From: Clostridia bacterium
GTDB taxonomy: Bacteria; Bacillota; Clostridia; Oscillospirales; Acutalibacteraceae
NCBI GenBank assembly: GCA_017516315.1
Contig: JAFXDE010000054.1
Coordinates: 15,251 to 79,250 of the forward strand
Length of the DNA: 64,000 bases
Direction of reading: 5' to 3'
Part shown: in pieces, positions 24,980 through 35,694 of the stretch
Position numbering within the stretch: the stretch's first letter is position 1
Layout: each line of letters starts with the position of its first letter
Notes under the pieces: generated by a model
What the model was told of the DNA's origin: nothing
Databases searched by the model: none
The model's input: only the letters and a program-made list of their open reading frames with translations
Translations under genes and position numbers: made by a program

Positions 24980-26224
24980 ATGAAGTTATCCATAAACGGA
25001 AAAAGGCTTTATAAAGACGGAAAATTGTCTTCTCTCCCGCTTTTTATTAATGACGGTATTATTGTTTCTGAAATTGACTCAGCGGAAAATATTATTGATT
25101 TTTCCGATAAATATTACATTTTTCCCGGTTTCGTAGATGTACATGTTCATTTGCGTGAGCCGGGTTTTTCTTATAAAGAAACGATAAAAAGCGGAACTCT
25201 CGCTTCGGCGCACGGCGGCTACACTGCAGTATGCTCTATGCCTAACCTTAACCCCGTACCCGACAGCAGGGAAAATCTCGGCAAGCAGCTGGAAATTATC
25301 GAAAAGGATGCCTGTATCCATGTTTACCCCTACGGCTCTATTACCGTAGGCCAGAAGGGCGAGGAGCTCTCCGATATGGAGGCTATGGCGAAGGATGTTA
25401 TAGCTTTTTCCGATGACGGCAGAGGTGTCCAGAGCGACGGTATGATGAAAGAGGCTATGCTTAAGGCCAAAGCTCTCGGTAAAATGATAGTAGCCCACTG
25501 TGAGGTGAACGAGCTTCTTAAGGGCGGCTACATTCACGATGGTGAATATGCTAAGGCTCACGGACACAAGGGTATCTGCAGCGAAAGCGAATGGAAGCAG
25601 ATAGAGCGTGACCTTAAGCTCGTCGAAGAGACAGGCTGTGCCTATCATGTATGCCACATCTCCACTAAGGAAAGCGTAGAGATTATCCGTCAGGCGAAGA
25701 AAAGGGGAGTGAATGTAACCTGTGAGACAGGCCCTCATTACCTCATTCTCTGCGACGAAGATTTACAGGAAGAGGGCCGCTTTAAAATGAATCCGCCTCT
25801 TCGCTCCCGTGAGGACAGAGATGCTCTTATTGAAGGCATAAAGGACGGCACTATCGATATGATAGCTACGGATCACGCTCCCCATTCCGCCGAGGAAAAG
25901 GGAAAGGGCTTGGCAGGAAGCATGATGGGTGTAGTAGGTATCGAAACTGCATTTCCGCTTCTGTATACGAATCTTGTCTTAAAGGGTGTAATCACTCTCG
26001 AAAAGCTTATTGAGCTTATGGCGGTAAATCCCCGTAAGCGCTTCGGTATCGGAGGCGGTACCGATGACGGAGAGAGCGCCGATTTTACCGTAGTCGATCT
26101 CGACGAAGAGTATGTTATCGACAGTAAGGATTTCTATTCTATGGGTAAGGCTACTCCCTTCGAGGGCTATAAAGTAAAAGGAAAGATAGTTCACACCTAC
26201 ATTAAGGGTGAAAAGATATTTTAA
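24980..26224 (+). CDS. pyrC: dihydroorotase
   Basis: FVDVHVHLREPG metal-binding motif and DHAPH. First gene of the pyr operon. RBS AGGAGG. Confidence 0.9.
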   Translation: MKLSINGKRLYKDGKLSSLPLFINDGIIVSEIDSAENIIDFSDKYYIFPGFVDVHVHLREPGFSYKETIKSGTLASAHGGYTAVCSMPNLNPVPDSRENLGKQLEIIEKDACIHVYPYGSITVGQKGEELSDMEAMAKDVIAFSDDGRGVQSDGMMKEAMLKAKALGKMIVAHCEVNELLKGGYIHDGEYAKAHGHKGICSESEWKQIERDLKLVEETGCAYHVCHISTKESVEIIRQAKKRGVNVTCETGPHYLILCDEDLQEEGRFKMNPPLRSREDRDALIEGIKDGTIDMIATDHAPHSAEEKGKGLAGSMMGVVGIETAFPLLYTNLVLKGVITLEKLIELMAVNPRKRFGIGGGTDDGESADFTVVDLDEEYVIDSKDFYSMGKATPFEGYKVKGKIVHTYIKGEKIF

Positions 26225-26239
26225 AAGAGGAGAGAGAAA

Positions 26240-26968
26240 ATGACACAGGGTATCTATGAGGTTCTGAAAAATGAACAGCTTACTTCTACGGTCTTCCGTA
26301 TGGTGCTTAAGGGTGACACCTCAGCGCTTGTGAGACCGGGGCAGTTCGTAAACCTTCTCGTGGAGGGCTGTTATCTGAGACGCCCCATTTCTGTCTATGA
26401 TTGGGACGAAAGCACCGTAACTATTATCTACAAGGTAGTAGGTGAGGGTACGGAGAAAATGAGTAAATGGCAGGAAGGAAGCAAATGCGACATTCTCGTC
26501 GGACTCGGTAACGGCTTTGACACCTCTAAGGGCGGAGACAGACCTCTTCTCATCGGCGGCGGTGTAGGCGTGCCTCCTCTTTACGGCCTTTGCAAAAGAT
26601 TAGCGGCAGAAGGTAAAAAGCCTACAGTTATTCTCGGCTTCAACGAAGAAAGTGAAATTTTCTGTAAGGAAGAGTTTTCCGCTCTCTGTGACACGGTAAT
26701 CACCACCGTTGACGGCTCGGTAGGTGTAAAAGGCTTTGTAACCGACGCTATGAAGGATATGGATTATACCTTCTTTTATACCTGCGGACCTATGCCGATG
26801 TTCAAGGCTATAGAAAAAACTGCTAAAGGCTCAGGCGAATACAGCTTTGAGGAAAGAATGGGTTGCGGCTTCGGTGCCTGTATGGGCTGCAGCTGTAAAA
26901 CCAAATACGGTAACAAGAGAATCTGTAAGGACGGCCCTGTTCTGGAAAGAGAGGAAATAATATGGTAA
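26240..26968 (+). CDS. pyrK: dihydroorotate dehydrogenase electron-transfer subunit
   Basis: FAD/NAD-binding fold plus C-terminal 2Fe-2S cysteines CGFGACMGCSC. Confidence 0.9.
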   Translation: MTQGIYEVLKNEQLTSTVFRMVLKGDTSALVRPGQFVNLLVEGCYLRRPISVYDWDESTVTIIYKVVGEGTEKMSKWQEGSKCDILVGLGNGFDTSKGGDRPLLIGGGVGVPPLYGLCKRLAAEGKKPTVILGFNEESEIFCKEEFSALCDTVITTVDGSVGVKGFVTDAMKDMDYTFFYTCGPMPMFKAIEKTAKGSGEYSFEERMGCGFGACMGCSCKTKYGNKRICKDGPVLEREEIIW

Positions 26969-27873
26969 ATACAAAGGTTGACCTCTTAGGTCTTGAGCTT
27001 GATAATCCTGTTATTCCTGCTTCGGGTACCTTCGGCTTCGGCTATGAATTCGCAGAGCTTTACGACATAAACTGTCTCGGCTCCTTCTCCTTCAAGGGTA
27101 CCACATTAGAAGGCCGTTTCGGTAATCCCACCCCGAGAATTGCAGAATGTCCTCAGGGTATGATTAACTCCGTAGGTCTTCAGAATCCCGGTGTACATAA
27201 GGTTATTTCGGAAGAGCTTCCGAAGCTTAAAGAGGTGTTCAATAAAAAAGTTATTGCCAATGTAGGTGGATTTGCTATCGAAGAATATCAGGAATGTGCC
27301 CGACTTCTCGATGCGGAAGAACAGGTGGGTATACTCGAAATCAACATCAGCTGTCCCAACCTTCACGCAGGCGGTGTAAACTTCGGTACGGACGCTAAAA
27401 ATGCGGCAGCGGTTATCGAGGCGGTAAAGAAGGTAACCACGAAGCCTGTTATGGCTAAGCTTACCCCAAATGTAACGGATATAACGGAAATCGCTCTCGC
27501 CTGTGAAGCTGCAGGTGCAGACGGTATCAGTATGATAAACACTCTTTTAGGTATGAGAATCGACCTTAAGACCAAAAAGCCCGTCATCGCTAATAAAATG
27601 GGCGGCTTCTCAGGTCCTGCCATTATGCCCGTGGCTTTAAGAATGGTTTATCAGGTATATGAAAAGGTAAATGTACCTATCGTGGGTATGGGCGGTATTT
27701 CGAAGGCTGAGGATGTCATCGAAATGATGCTCGCAGGTGCCACTGCCGTACAGGTCGGTGCCGCTAACTTGGTAAATCCCTTTGCCTGCCGTGATATTAT
27801 AAACGATTTACCGAAGGCAATGGAAAAATATAACATATCATCATTAAAAGAAATTATCGGAGGTGCTCACTAA
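26962..27873 (+). CDS. pyrD: dihydroorotate dehydrogenase (type 1B) catalytic subunit
   Basis: NPVIPASGTFGFG, NSVGLQNPG and GMGGISKAEDVIEMMLAGATAVQVG. Overlaps the pyrK stop. Confidence 0.9.
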   Translation: MVNTKVDLLGLELDNPVIPASGTFGFGYEFAELYDINCLGSFSFKGTTLEGRFGNPTPRIAECPQGMINSVGLQNPGVHKVISEELPKLKEVFNKKVIANVGGFAIEEYQECARLLDAEEQVGILEINISCPNLHAGGVNFGTDAKNAAAVIEAVKKVTTKPVMAKLTPNVTDITEIALACEAAGADGISMINTLLGMRIDLKTKKPVIANKMGGFSGPAIMPVALRMVYQVYEKVNVPIVGMGGISKAEDVIEMMLAGATAVQVGAANLVNPFACRDIINDLPKAMEKYNISSLKEIIGGAH

Positions 27874-28571
27874 TGGGTAGAGATGTTATTATCGCATGTG
27901 ATTTCAGCAGTAAGCAGGAGGTTCTTTCCTTCCTTGACAAATTTCAGGGCAAAAAGCCTTTTGTAAAAATCGGTATGGAGCTTTATTATGCCGAAGGTCC
28001 TTCAATCGTTAAAGAAATCAAAGAAAGAGGACACAAGATTTTCCTAGATCTCAAGCTTCACGATATTCCCAATACAGTTAAAAAATCAATGGCTGTGCTT
28101 TCAAGACTCGATGTAGACATCTGTAATCTCCACGCAGGCGGAACAAAGAGAATGATGGAAGCAGCACTTGAGGGACTTACGAGACCCGACGGTACCCGTC
28201 CTCTTCTTATCGCAGTAACTCAGCTTACCTCTACCGACCAGGAGAGTATGGAAAATGATCTTCTCATTAAAGAGCCTATCGACAAGGTAGTTATGCACTA
28301 TGCTAAGAATGCCGCTGATGCAGGTCTTGACGGTGTAGTATGCTCACCTCTCGAGGCACAGAAGGTACACGATACCTGCGGTAAGGACTTCCTTACCATC
28401 ACTCCCGGTGTACGCTTTGCTGACGGTGACATCGGTGACCAGAAGAGAGTTATGACTCCCGCAGAGGCAAACAGAATCGGCTCAGACTATATCGTAGTGG
28501 GCAGACCCATTACCGCTGCAGAGGACCCCGTAGCCGCTTATGAAAGATGTCTGGCTGAATTTGTAGGCTGA
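27873..28571 (+). CDS. pyrF: orotidine 5'-phosphate decarboxylase
   Basis: FVKIGMELY, FLDLKLHDIPNT and IVVGRPI motifs. Confidence 0.9.
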   Translation: MGRDVIIACDFSSKQEVLSFLDKFQGKKPFVKIGMELYYAEGPSIVKEIKERGHKIFLDLKLHDIPNTVKKSMAVLSRLDVDICNLHAGGTKRMMEAALEGLTRPDGTRPLLIAVTQLTSTDQESMENDLLIKEPIDKVVMHYAKNAADAGLDGVVCSPLEAQKVHDTCGKDFLTITPGVRFADGDIGDQKRVMTPAEANRIGSDYIVVGRPITAAEDPVAAYERCLAEFVG

Positions 28572-28621
28572 GATAATCAGGATATAATCAAGTAATTTTA
28601 AAACGAAAGGATAGATTTACA

Positions 28622-29260
28622 ATGAAAAAATTAATCGCAAAAGACTTACTCTCCATCGGTGCAGTTTTCCTTCGCCCTGAGGATCCCTTTACCTGGGCAA
28701 GCGGAATCAAAAGTCCCATTTATTGTGACAACAGACTTACCCTTACATCTCCTCAGGTAAGAACAGATGTAGAAACAGGTCTTGCTAAAACTATTCTTAA
28801 ATATTATCCCGACTGCGAAGTCATTATGGGTACCTCTACAGCAGGTATCGCTCACGCTGCTATCGTAGGCCACATTCTTGGTCTTCCTATGGGTTATGTT
28901 AGAAGCGGTCATAAGGATCACGGCAGAGGTAACCAGATCGAGGGCAAGCTCGAAAAGGGTCAGAAGGTAGTAGTTGTGGAGGATCTTATCTCCACAGGCG
29001 GCAGTGTTTTAGAGGTTGTAGATGTTCTCCGCGAAGCAGGTGCAGAGGTGCTCGGTATCGCTTCTATCTTTACTTACGGTATGAAGAAGGGAATCGACAG
29101 AATGGCTGCAGCCGATGTTATCAACCACAGCCTTTCAAATCTTGACGCAGTAGCAGAGGTAGCCGCAGAGGAAGGCTACATTAAAAATGAAGACATCGCC
29201 CGTCTTCTTAAGTTCAGAGATAATCCGTCAGATGAAAGCTGGATCGGAGGCACAAAATGA
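28622..29260 (+). CDS. pyrE: orotate phosphoribosyltransferase
   Basis: PRPP-binding motif [13 protein letters not shown]. Confidence 0.9.
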   Translation: MKKLIAKDLLSIGAVFLRPEDPFTWASGIKSPIYCDNRLTLTSPQVRTDVETGLAKTILKYYPDCEVIMGTSTAGIAHAAIVGHILGLPMGYVRSGHKDHGRGNQIEGKLEKGQKVVVVEDLISTGGSVLEVVDVLREAGAEVLGIASIFTYGMKKGIDRMAAADVINHSLSNLDAVAEVAAEEGYIKNEDIARLLKFRDNPSDESWIGGTK

Positions 29261-30192
29261 GAAGTCTTATAAATATTCTCGACCTTTCCGTTGAAGAAGT
29301 TGACAAGCTCCTCGATGTAGCTGATGACATTATAGCTAACCGCGAAAAGTACAGTGAGGTTTGTCACGGTAAAAAGCTTGCTACTCTTTTCTTTGAGCCT
29401 TCTACGAGAACAAGACTGAGCTTTGAGGCAGCTATGTATGAGCTCGGCGGTAATGTTTTAGGCTTCTCCGCCGCCGCATCATCATCAGCCTCAAAGGGTG
29501 AAAGCGTAGCAGATACCACCCGTATGGCCTGCTGCTATGCTGATATTATCGCTATGCGTCATCCTAAGGAGGGTGCGCCCTTTGTAGCCTCGAAGGTTTC
29601 CTCCGTGCCTGTAGTAAATGCAGGTGACGGCGGTCACAACCATCCTACACAGACTCTCACCGACCTTCTTACCATCCGCCGTAAAAAGGGCAGACTGAAT
29701 AACTTCACCATCGGCTTCTGCGGCGACCTTAAGTTCGGCAGAACCGTACATTCACTCATCACTGCTCTGGCAAGATATGAGGGCATAAAAATCGTTCTTA
29801 TTTCTCCCGATGAGCTGAAGCTTCCCTCTTATATCAAAAAGGATGTTATTAAAAATAACGGTATCGAATATGTTCAGACTACAGACCTTGAGGCTGTTCT
29901 TCCCGAGCTTGATGTTCTTTATATGACGAGAGTTCAGCAGGAAAGATTTTTCAGTGAGGAAGAATATATCCGTCTGCGTGACAGCTATATTCTCACCCGT
30001 AAAAAGCTCGATAAGGCAAAGGAAGACCTTATTATTCTTCATCCTCTGCCCCGTGTAAACGAGATTTCCACCGATGTGGACGACGACCCGAGAGCCTGCT
30101 ATTTCGAACAGGCACTTTGCGGAAAGTTTGTCCGTATGGCTCTTATTATGGAGCTTTTAGGTCTTCATCCTGAAGAAAAGGAGAGTAAATAA
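29257..30192 (+). CDS. pyrB: aspartate carbamoyltransferase catalytic subunit
   Basis: [17 protein letters not shown] and HPLPR motifs. Confidence 0.9.
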   Translation: MRSLINILDLSVEEVDKLLDVADDIIANREKYSEVCHGKKLATLFFEPSTRTRLSFEAAMYELGGNVLGFSAAASSSASKGESVADTTRMACCYADIIAMRHPKEGAPFVASKVSSVPVVNAGDGGHNHPTQTLTDLLTIRRKKGRLNNFTIGFCGDLKFGRTVHSLITALARYEGIKIVLISPDELKLPSYIKKDVIKNNGIEYVQTTDLEAVLPELDVLYMTRVQQERFFSEEEYIRLRDSYILTRKKLDKAKEDLIILHPLPRVNEISTDVDDDPRACYFEQALCGKFVRMALIMELLGLHPEEKESK

Positions 30193-30609
30193 ATGAATAT
30201 AGATTCCATCAAAGAAGGTCTCGTTATCGACCATATTACTGCAGGCAATGCTATGAGAATTTATAATCTCCTCGGCTTCGATAAGCTTGAATGCAGTATA
30301 GCCATTATCAAGAATGTAAACAGCAAAAAAATGGGCAAAAAGGATATTATCAAAATCGACAGCAATATTGACATTAACCTTGAAGCTCTCGGCTACATTG
30401 ACCCGGGTATCACTATCGATGTTATCCGTGACAGTAAGCTCGTGGAAAAAAGACACGTTGACCTTCCCGAAACCTTACACGGTGTTCTCCGCTGTAAAAA
30501 TCCCCGCTGTATTACCTCTGTAGAGCAGGAGCTCAGCCAGGAGTTTATGCTCACCGACAGAGAAAACCGAGTTTATCGCTGTATTTACTGCGAAGCCAAG
30601 GCTAACTGA
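30193..30609 (+). CDS. pyrI: aspartate carbamoyltransferase regulatory subunit
   Basis: IKEGLVIDHI N-terminus and C-terminal zinc cysteines CKNPRCIT...YRCIYC. Confidence 0.85.
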   Translation: MNIDSIKEGLVIDHITAGNAMRIYNLLGFDKLECSIAIIKNVNSKKMGKKDIIKIDSNIDINLEALGYIDPGITIDVIRDSKLVEKRHVDLPETLHGVLRCKNPRCITSVEQELSQEFMLTDRENRVYRCIYCEAKAN

Positions 30610-30616
30610 AAAAATT

Positions 30617-30647
30617 ACTACCCGCTGAAAATGGCGGGTAGTTTTTC
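30617..30647 (+). terminator. rho-independent terminator of the pyr operon
   Basis: Stem CTACCCGC / GCGGGTAG followed by TTTTT. Confidence 0.8.
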
Positions 30648-30650
30648 GTG

Positions 30651-30679
30651 TTGACAATGAATTTTCACGGTGGTATTAT
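30651..30679 (+). promoter_or_regulatory. sigma-70-type promoter
   Basis: TTGACA, 17-nt spacer ending TGG, TATTAT (extended -10). Confidence 0.5.
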
Positions 30680-30716
30680 AAACTCAATGAAATAAGATAA
30701 AAAGGATAGAATTAAA

Positions 30717-31487
30717 ATGTACATAACCTTTAAAAACTACAGTACAGACGGAAAAATGATTCTCTCTGTCGGTAATCAGAAATATACCGTAAATCCCGAG
30801 TCCTCCGTAGAGGTCTTTCACTCGGGGGATAAGTTAGAGTTTGAGGCACAGATTAATCCTTTCGAGGAGCTTTTAGAGGGGATAGACGAAATCGATGAAA
30901 ATGATAAAAACGACAGCTTTAAGGACAGGGTACTTACGAAGCTCACGAAAAAAGTTATAAAGAAAGTTCCGGAAATAGTTCTTAATATTGCTGTTAAATA
31001 CGAAATAAGCTTTTCTGATTATCAGAATCCGGTTGTTAATTTGTTCGACGGTGCCTATTCTGTTTGTGACGGTAAGATTGCTGATTTTTTTGATATGGTT
31101 CCTGTGGCTATGTGCTTTTCGAGGGCTGAAACGGACTGCGGTGAGATAAAAGTAACTGATGTGGAGATTCTTAACCGTAAAAGCTTCCTCAGAATAGTCA
31201 GAAGTATTCTTTTATTTGTCCATTGGGGATTTCTTCTGATTGACCTGTTGTTTTTCTTTGTTCCTGAATATACGATAGTTAAATTCTGCTCCTCACACTT
31301 TTTCGTAAAGAGGCTTCTGGGCTCTCTTTACAAAAAGTCTCCTATTGAAAGAGCGAGAATTTTGGCAGAAAAAGAACTCAGGTATGAAGATGAAAAGGAA
31401 GAAGGCTGTCTGACTTATATACTGAAAGGACTGCTTATTCTTGCTGTTATAATCGGCATCTTTGTATGGGCAGGCTCAGGTGAATAA
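30717..31487 (+). CDS. hypothetical membrane protein
   Basis: 256 aa: soluble N-terminal half, then hydrophobic segments LLFVHWGFLLIDLLFFFV and LLILAVIIGIFVWA. No motif recognised. Confidence 0.5.
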   Translation: MYITFKNYSTDGKMILSVGNQKYTVNPESSVEVFHSGDKLEFEAQINPFEELLEGIDEIDENDKNDSFKDRVLTKLTKKVIKKVPEIVLNIAVKYEISFSDYQNPVVNLFDGAYSVCDGKIADFFDMVPVAMCFSRAETDCGEIKVTDVEILNRKSFLRIVRSILLFVHWGFLLIDLLFFFVPEYTIVKFCSSHFFVKRLLGSLYKKSPIERARILAEKELRYEDEKEEGCLTYILKGLLILAVIIGIFVWAGSGE

Positions 31488-31491
31488 GCAT

Positions 31492-31525
31492 AAAAAATCA
31501 CAGGACACAAGCCTGTGATTTTTTT
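31492..31525. terminator. bidirectional terminator
   Basis: AAAAAATCACAGG / CCTGTGATTTTTT perfect stem with flanking A/T runs. It lies between convergent genes. Confidence 0.8.
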
Positions 31526-31540
31526 ACAGCCTTTTATATA

Positions 31541-32065
31541 TCAGAAAAATTTACGCAGAATGTCGGGGATGCTTTCAGATGATGTGTAATTATTAAAATA
31601 AGGAGTAATACACTTGTTGAAGGGAGTATCGGCACTGAGCTGACTTTTCGAATCGCTGTCTATGAAAACGACACTGCTTTCTGAAATGATAGCCTTGTCA
31701 TATCTGTCGAAAGGTTTACCTGTTCCCGATTTTGTTTCTAGTAGCATATACATACCGCTTTGCGGCATATAGTTGGTTTCAATGTCGTAAATATGCAAAA
31801 CTCCCTGAATCCATCCGTAGCTTCCTTCTTTAACCGAGGTCATAATATAATCTACAGCGGCATTAAGTCTGTAATCGGTAATTTCTATTTCCTCCGGCAC
31901 TCCGTTTCTGTAAAGCACTGCTTTGGTTATAATGGGAAACTCTGCATCCGATTGGGTGAACTCAGTAGTAGCTTCTGCATCGTTTCTAGGCAGTGTCGGT
32001 ATGAAAGCGAAAACTGCCGCTGTTACCGCTAAAATAATACACACCGCTAAAACTATCTTCTTCAT
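31541..32065 (-). CDS. signal-anchored hypothetical protein
   Basis: ATG 32065 is preceded by AAGGAGG and begins MKKIVLAVCIILAVTAAVFAF. The longer track ORF (to 32230) runs through the topB terminator. Confidence 0.5.
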   Translation of the reverse strand: MKKIVLAVCIILAVTAAVFAFIPTLPRNDAEATTEFTQSDAEFPIITKAVLYRNGVPEEIEITDYRLNAAVDYIMTSVKEGSYGWIQGVLHIYDIETNYMPQSGMYMLLETKSGTGKPFDRYDKAIISESSVVFIDSDSKSQLSADTPFNKCITPYFNNYTSSESIPDILRKFF

Positions 32066-32133
32066 ATCTCTGCCTCCTTTATAATCTATCTCCAAGTCAA
32101 ATATAATACTTTTGAATGCTTTTGTCAATATAC

Positions 32134-32165
32134 GAAAAAAGAGGCGGAATCTCACCGCCTCAAAA
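32134..32165 (-). terminator. rho-independent terminator of topB
   Basis: On the minus strand: GAGGCGG-TGAGATT-CCGCCTC followed by TTTTTT. Confidence 0.65.
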
Positions 32166-32236
32166 GTATTTGCTGTTATGCCTCCACTGAAAGGGGAGGT
32201 GTCCCGAAGTGACGGAGGGGTCCTCCGCATTCCGAA

Positions 32237-34411
32237 TTACCCGAAAAAATCCTTCAGCAAATCTGCCATCGGATTATCGTTTTCTTCCTTTTTCTTTTCG
32301 TTCTGCTGCTTTTTCATATAATTCATAACATCGAACTTGTTTGCACCGGCGCTTTCTTTTCTCTTGTTAAAATCAGAAAGTCTTTCCCTGTAGCCGCATA
32401 CACAGACGAACATTTTCTTTTCACCCTCACCGCGAAGCTCTAACTTCTTATGACAGTCGGGACAGCGTGCATTGGTTACCTGGGTAAGGCCTTTTCTGTA
32501 GCCGCATTCTCTGTCCTGGCAGATAAGCATTTTGCCTTTTTTGCCGTTTACCTCGAGAAGATATTTACCGCAAACGGGGCACTTGTCCTTGGTGGCATTA
32601 TCGTGGGTGTACTGTGCATTACTGGTAATTACCATCGAAACAAGAGAGGTTGAGTAGTCTCTCATCTGTCCGATGAATTTCTTCATATTTGCTGTACCCT
32701 TGCTGATGTTTTGCAGCTCCTGCTCCCATTTTGCTGTGAGCTCGGCAGATTTAAGGTCGGGAGGAACGATTTTAATGAGCTGCTTGCCCTTTGCCGTGGG
32801 GTGAATTTCCTTTCCCACACGCTCAATGGAGAAATTATCAAAAAGCTTTTCTATGATATCAGCTCTGGTGGCAGGTGTACCGAGACCGCTTGTGGTACGG
32901 ATAACCGCCTGTAGATTTTTATCCTCTATCTGCTTTACGGGGTTTTCCATAGCGGAAAGGAGAGTAGCTTCCGTGTATCTTGCAGGAGGTCTCGTCTTTC
33001 CGTTTATGATTTTCGCATTAAGCAGGGGAAGACTCATACCCTCGCGGAGAACGGGCAGATCCTGACTTTTGTTTTCAGCTTCGGTATCCTCGTCCTCGTC
33101 GATGCTGTTTCCGTAATATTCCTTCCAGCCGAGCTTAACAGGGGTAGTGCCTTTGGCGTGGAAGCTGTTTCCGTTTATGTCTATCTGTACCTTTACCTCA
33201 TCATATTCGTAGGGCTCAGACAGCACCGCCATAAAGCGCCTTACTACGAGGTCGTAGATGTTTCTTTCGTCGTAGGAAAGCTTGGCAAGATTAGGAGACT
33301 GCTCTGTGGGAATAATAGCGTGGTGGTCACTGACCTTGGCGTTATTTACTATATATTTGGTTTCAATTTTACCTCTTGACAGTCTCATTGCCTGCTGCTG
33401 ATAAGGCCCTACAGCCATAGCACGGAGTCTTTCGGGGATAGTAGCCACTACATCATCGGTGATGTAGCGTGAGTCCGTACGGGGGTAGGTGAGTACCTTA
33501 TGGTATTCGTAAAGGCTCTGCATAAAGGCAAGCGTCTGCTTGGCAGAATAGCCGTATTTTTTATTGGCATCTCTCTGTAATTCCGTCAGGTCGTAGGCGG
33601 CAGGGGGTGCCTTTTTCTTTGAGGCTTTTTCTATCTTTTTAACTGTGCCGTTTTTACCCTTTATGCTATCCGCAATTTTATCGGCGAAGGCTCTGTCAGA
33701 GAAGCGGGTGTTGTTTTTGCTGTCGCGGAAGGTAGCGTTGAAGCCCTTGAAAACAGCCTGCACGGAGAAGTAATCCTTTGGCTGAAAGGCCTGGATTTCC
33801 TCCTCTCTCTGAACGATGAGAGCGAGAGTGGGAGTCTGCACGCGGCCTGCTGAAAGCTGTGCATTATATTTGCAGGTGAGAGCGCGGGTGACATTGAGTC
33901 CTACGAGCCAGTCTGCCTCTGCTCTTGCCTGAGCAGAATAGTAGAGGTTATCGTAGTCCTTGGCAGGCTTGAGGTTTGCGAAGCCCTCCTTTATGGCCTT
34001 GTCTGTCTGTGAGGAAATCCAGAGACGGTAGGTAGGCTTTTTCCAGTGGGCCTTCATCATTATCCATCTGGCTACAAGCTCACCCTCACGGCCTGCATCA
34101 GTAGCGATAACGAGAGAGGATACATCGGGGCGCTTCATCAGTGCAGAAACAGCTCTGTACTGCTTTGAGGTCTGCTTGATGATAACGAGCTTCATTTTAT
34201 CGGGAAGCATCGGTAAATCCTCGAGATTCCATCTTTTGTATTTGTCGTCGTAGGCATCCGGGTCAGCTAAGGTCACGAGATGGCCGAGAGCCCAGGTGAT
34301 TATGTATTTCTGCCCGATAATACAGCCGTCACCCTTTTGATGACAGCCGAGAACACGGGCAATATCTCTTGCTACGGAAGGCTTTTCCGCTAAAACGAGA
34401 GTTTTATCCAT
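32237..34411 (-). CDS. topB: DNA topoisomerase III with C-terminal zinc ribbons
   Basis: TOPRIM start LVLAEKPSVARDIA, catalytic Tyr context LTYPRTDSRY, and C-terminal CPVCG...CQDRECGY and CPDC...CVCGY motifs. Confidence 0.9.
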   Translation of the reverse strand: MDKTLVLAEKPSVARDIARVLGCHQKGDGCIIGQKYIITWALGHLVTLADPDAYDDKYKRWNLEDLPMLPDKMKLVIIKQTSKQYRAVSALMKRPDVSSLVIATDAGREGELVARWIMMKAHWKKPTYRLWISSQTDKAIKEGFANLKPAKDYDNLYYSAQARAEADWLVGLNVTRALTCKYNAQLSAGRVQTPTLALIVQREEEIQAFQPKDYFSVQAVFKGFNATFRDSKNNTRFSDRAFADKIADSIKGKNGTVKKIEKASKKKAPPAAYDLTELQRDANKKYGYSAKQTLAFMQSLYEYHKVLTYPRTDSRYITDDVVATIPERLRAMAVGPYQQQAMRLSRGKIETKYIVNNAKVSDHHAIIPTEQSPNLAKLSYDERNIYDLVVRRFMAVLSEPYEYDEVKVQIDINGNSFHAKGTTPVKLGWKEYYGNSIDEDEDTEAENKSQDLPVLREGMSLPLLNAKIINGKTRPPARYTEATLLSAMENPVKQIEDKNLQAVIRTTSGLGTPATRADIIEKLFDNFSIERVGKEIHPTAKGKQLIKIVPPDLKSAELTAKWEQELQNISKGTANMKKFIGQMRDYSTSLVSMVITSNAQYTHDNATKDKCPVCGKYLLEVNGKKGKMLICQDRECGYRKGLTQVTNARCPDCHKKLELRGEGEKKMFVCVCGYRERLSDFNKRKESAGANKFDVMNYMKKQQNEKKKEENDNPMADLLKDFFG

Positions 34412-34425
34412 GCTGTTTTTCTCCT

Positions 34426-35694
34426 TTACTTTATTACTGACAGACAGCAGTTATCTGTATCGAAGCTTTCTGCGATCGCCTTTTCCACATCCTCTTTGGT
34501 AAGACTTTTGTAAAGCTCTACGGTGTCGAAAAGACTTTGTCCGTTAAAGTAGGCATCGATGATGTTATTAGCCATATCGTCCACATCGTTGAAGGCTAAA
34601 ACAGCCATACCGTACATCTTCTTAAGAGAAACATTGAAATCCTCGTCGCTGATACCGCGTTTTTTGATTTCTTCGATTTTGCTGATTATTGCATCCTTTA
34701 CCGCTTCGGGTTTTGCACTTTCACCGCTGAACATCGGTGCGGCAAAGCCTCTGCCTGCGAAGTATTCCTTGCTGAAGGTGGGATTAATGAGTCCCTTTTC
34801 CATAAGCTCGCTGTAAAGGGGTGAAACCTTGCCGGCGATAATGTCGAGAGCGATGTTTACGGTAAGGGATTTTTTAGCTGACGGTACTGCCGAGTCAAGA
34901 TTATCCTTGAAGCCGAGTGCGAATTTAGGCATATCAACGCCCATAGTCTCCTCGATAAGCTTTTCTGCTACAGCCTTCGGCTCCTCGGGGATAATCTGTT
35001 CGAATTTAACGGGTGATTCGGGTTTAATTACTCTGTCAACTATGCCGAGAACAGTTTCTTTTTTTACATTACCTACTACGGCCAAAGCCATATTGCTTAA
35101 ATTATAGAAGGTGTTATAGCAGCTGTAGAGAAGCCCGGCGTTAATTTCGGCGATGGATTCTATGGTACCCGCGATGTCGATTCTTACGGGATTTTTACTG
35201 TACATACCGCGCAGAAGATTGAAAAGCACCTGCCAGTCGGGGCTGTCCTGGTACATTCTGATTTCCTGGCCGATGATACCCTGCTCCTTCTGTACGGTTT
35301 CCTCGGTGAAGTAGGGTGCTTTTACGAAGTCGAGAAGAATTTCGAGATTTTTCTCAAATTCCTGTGAGCATTGGAAAAGATAGCAGGTACGGTCGAAGCT
35401 CGTATAAGCGTTGGCATTTGCGCCGGTTTCTGCGAATCGTGTGAAAGCATCCAGCTCTTCACTTTCGAAAAGCTTATGCTCGAGGAAGTGAGCGATGCCC
35501 TCGGGAACAGAGGTGTAATTTTCCTCGCTTTCGAGCTTGAAGCAGGTATCCACAGAGCCGTATTTGGTGCCGAAAATGGCATAGGCTCCCGAATAGTCAG
35601 GCTTTTCCATTACGAATATCTTAAGTCCCGAGCTGTGGTCGATTTCGTAGTATTCTTCGTTTAAAAGCTCGTTTCGTATTGTTTTGCAGTTCAT
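34426..35694 (-). CDS. M16 family zinc peptidase (catalytic-type subunit)
   Basis: The inverted zinc motif HFLEH is present (GIAHFLEHKLFE). Confidence 0.8.
   Translation of the reverse strand: MNCKTIRNELLNEEYYEIDHSSGLKIFVMEKPDYSGAYAIFGTKYGSVDTCFKLESEENYTSVPEGIAHFLEHKLFESEELDAFTRFAETGANANAYTSFDRTCYLFQCSQEFEKNLEILLDFVKAPYFTEETVQKEQGIIGQEIRMYQDSPDWQVLFNLLRGMYSKNPVRIDIAGTIESIAEINAGLLYSCYNTFYNLSNMALAVVGNVKKETVLGIVDRVIKPESPVKFEQIIPEEPKAVAEKLIEETMGVDMPKFALGFKDNLDSAVPSAKKSLTVNIALDIIAGKVSPLYSELMEKGLINPTFSKEYFAGRGFAAPMFSGESAKPEAVKDAIISKIEEIKKRGISDEDFNVSLKKMYGMAVLAFNDVDDMANNIIDAYFNGQSLFDTVELYKSLTKEDVEKAIAESFDTDNCCLSVIK

Noticed and set aside
25079-25738. 219-aa minus-strand ORF inside pyrC
   Set aside because: It is antisense to a motif-rich dihydroorotase gene, so it is a shadow ORF.
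32066-32230. N-terminal extension of the 31541 ORF (track start 32230), and similar extensions at 11642, 21812, 55627 and 61063
   Set aside because: The extensions run through terminators or promoters and lack an RBS. Internal starts with good Shine-Dalgarno sequences and signal peptides or family N-termini were preferred.
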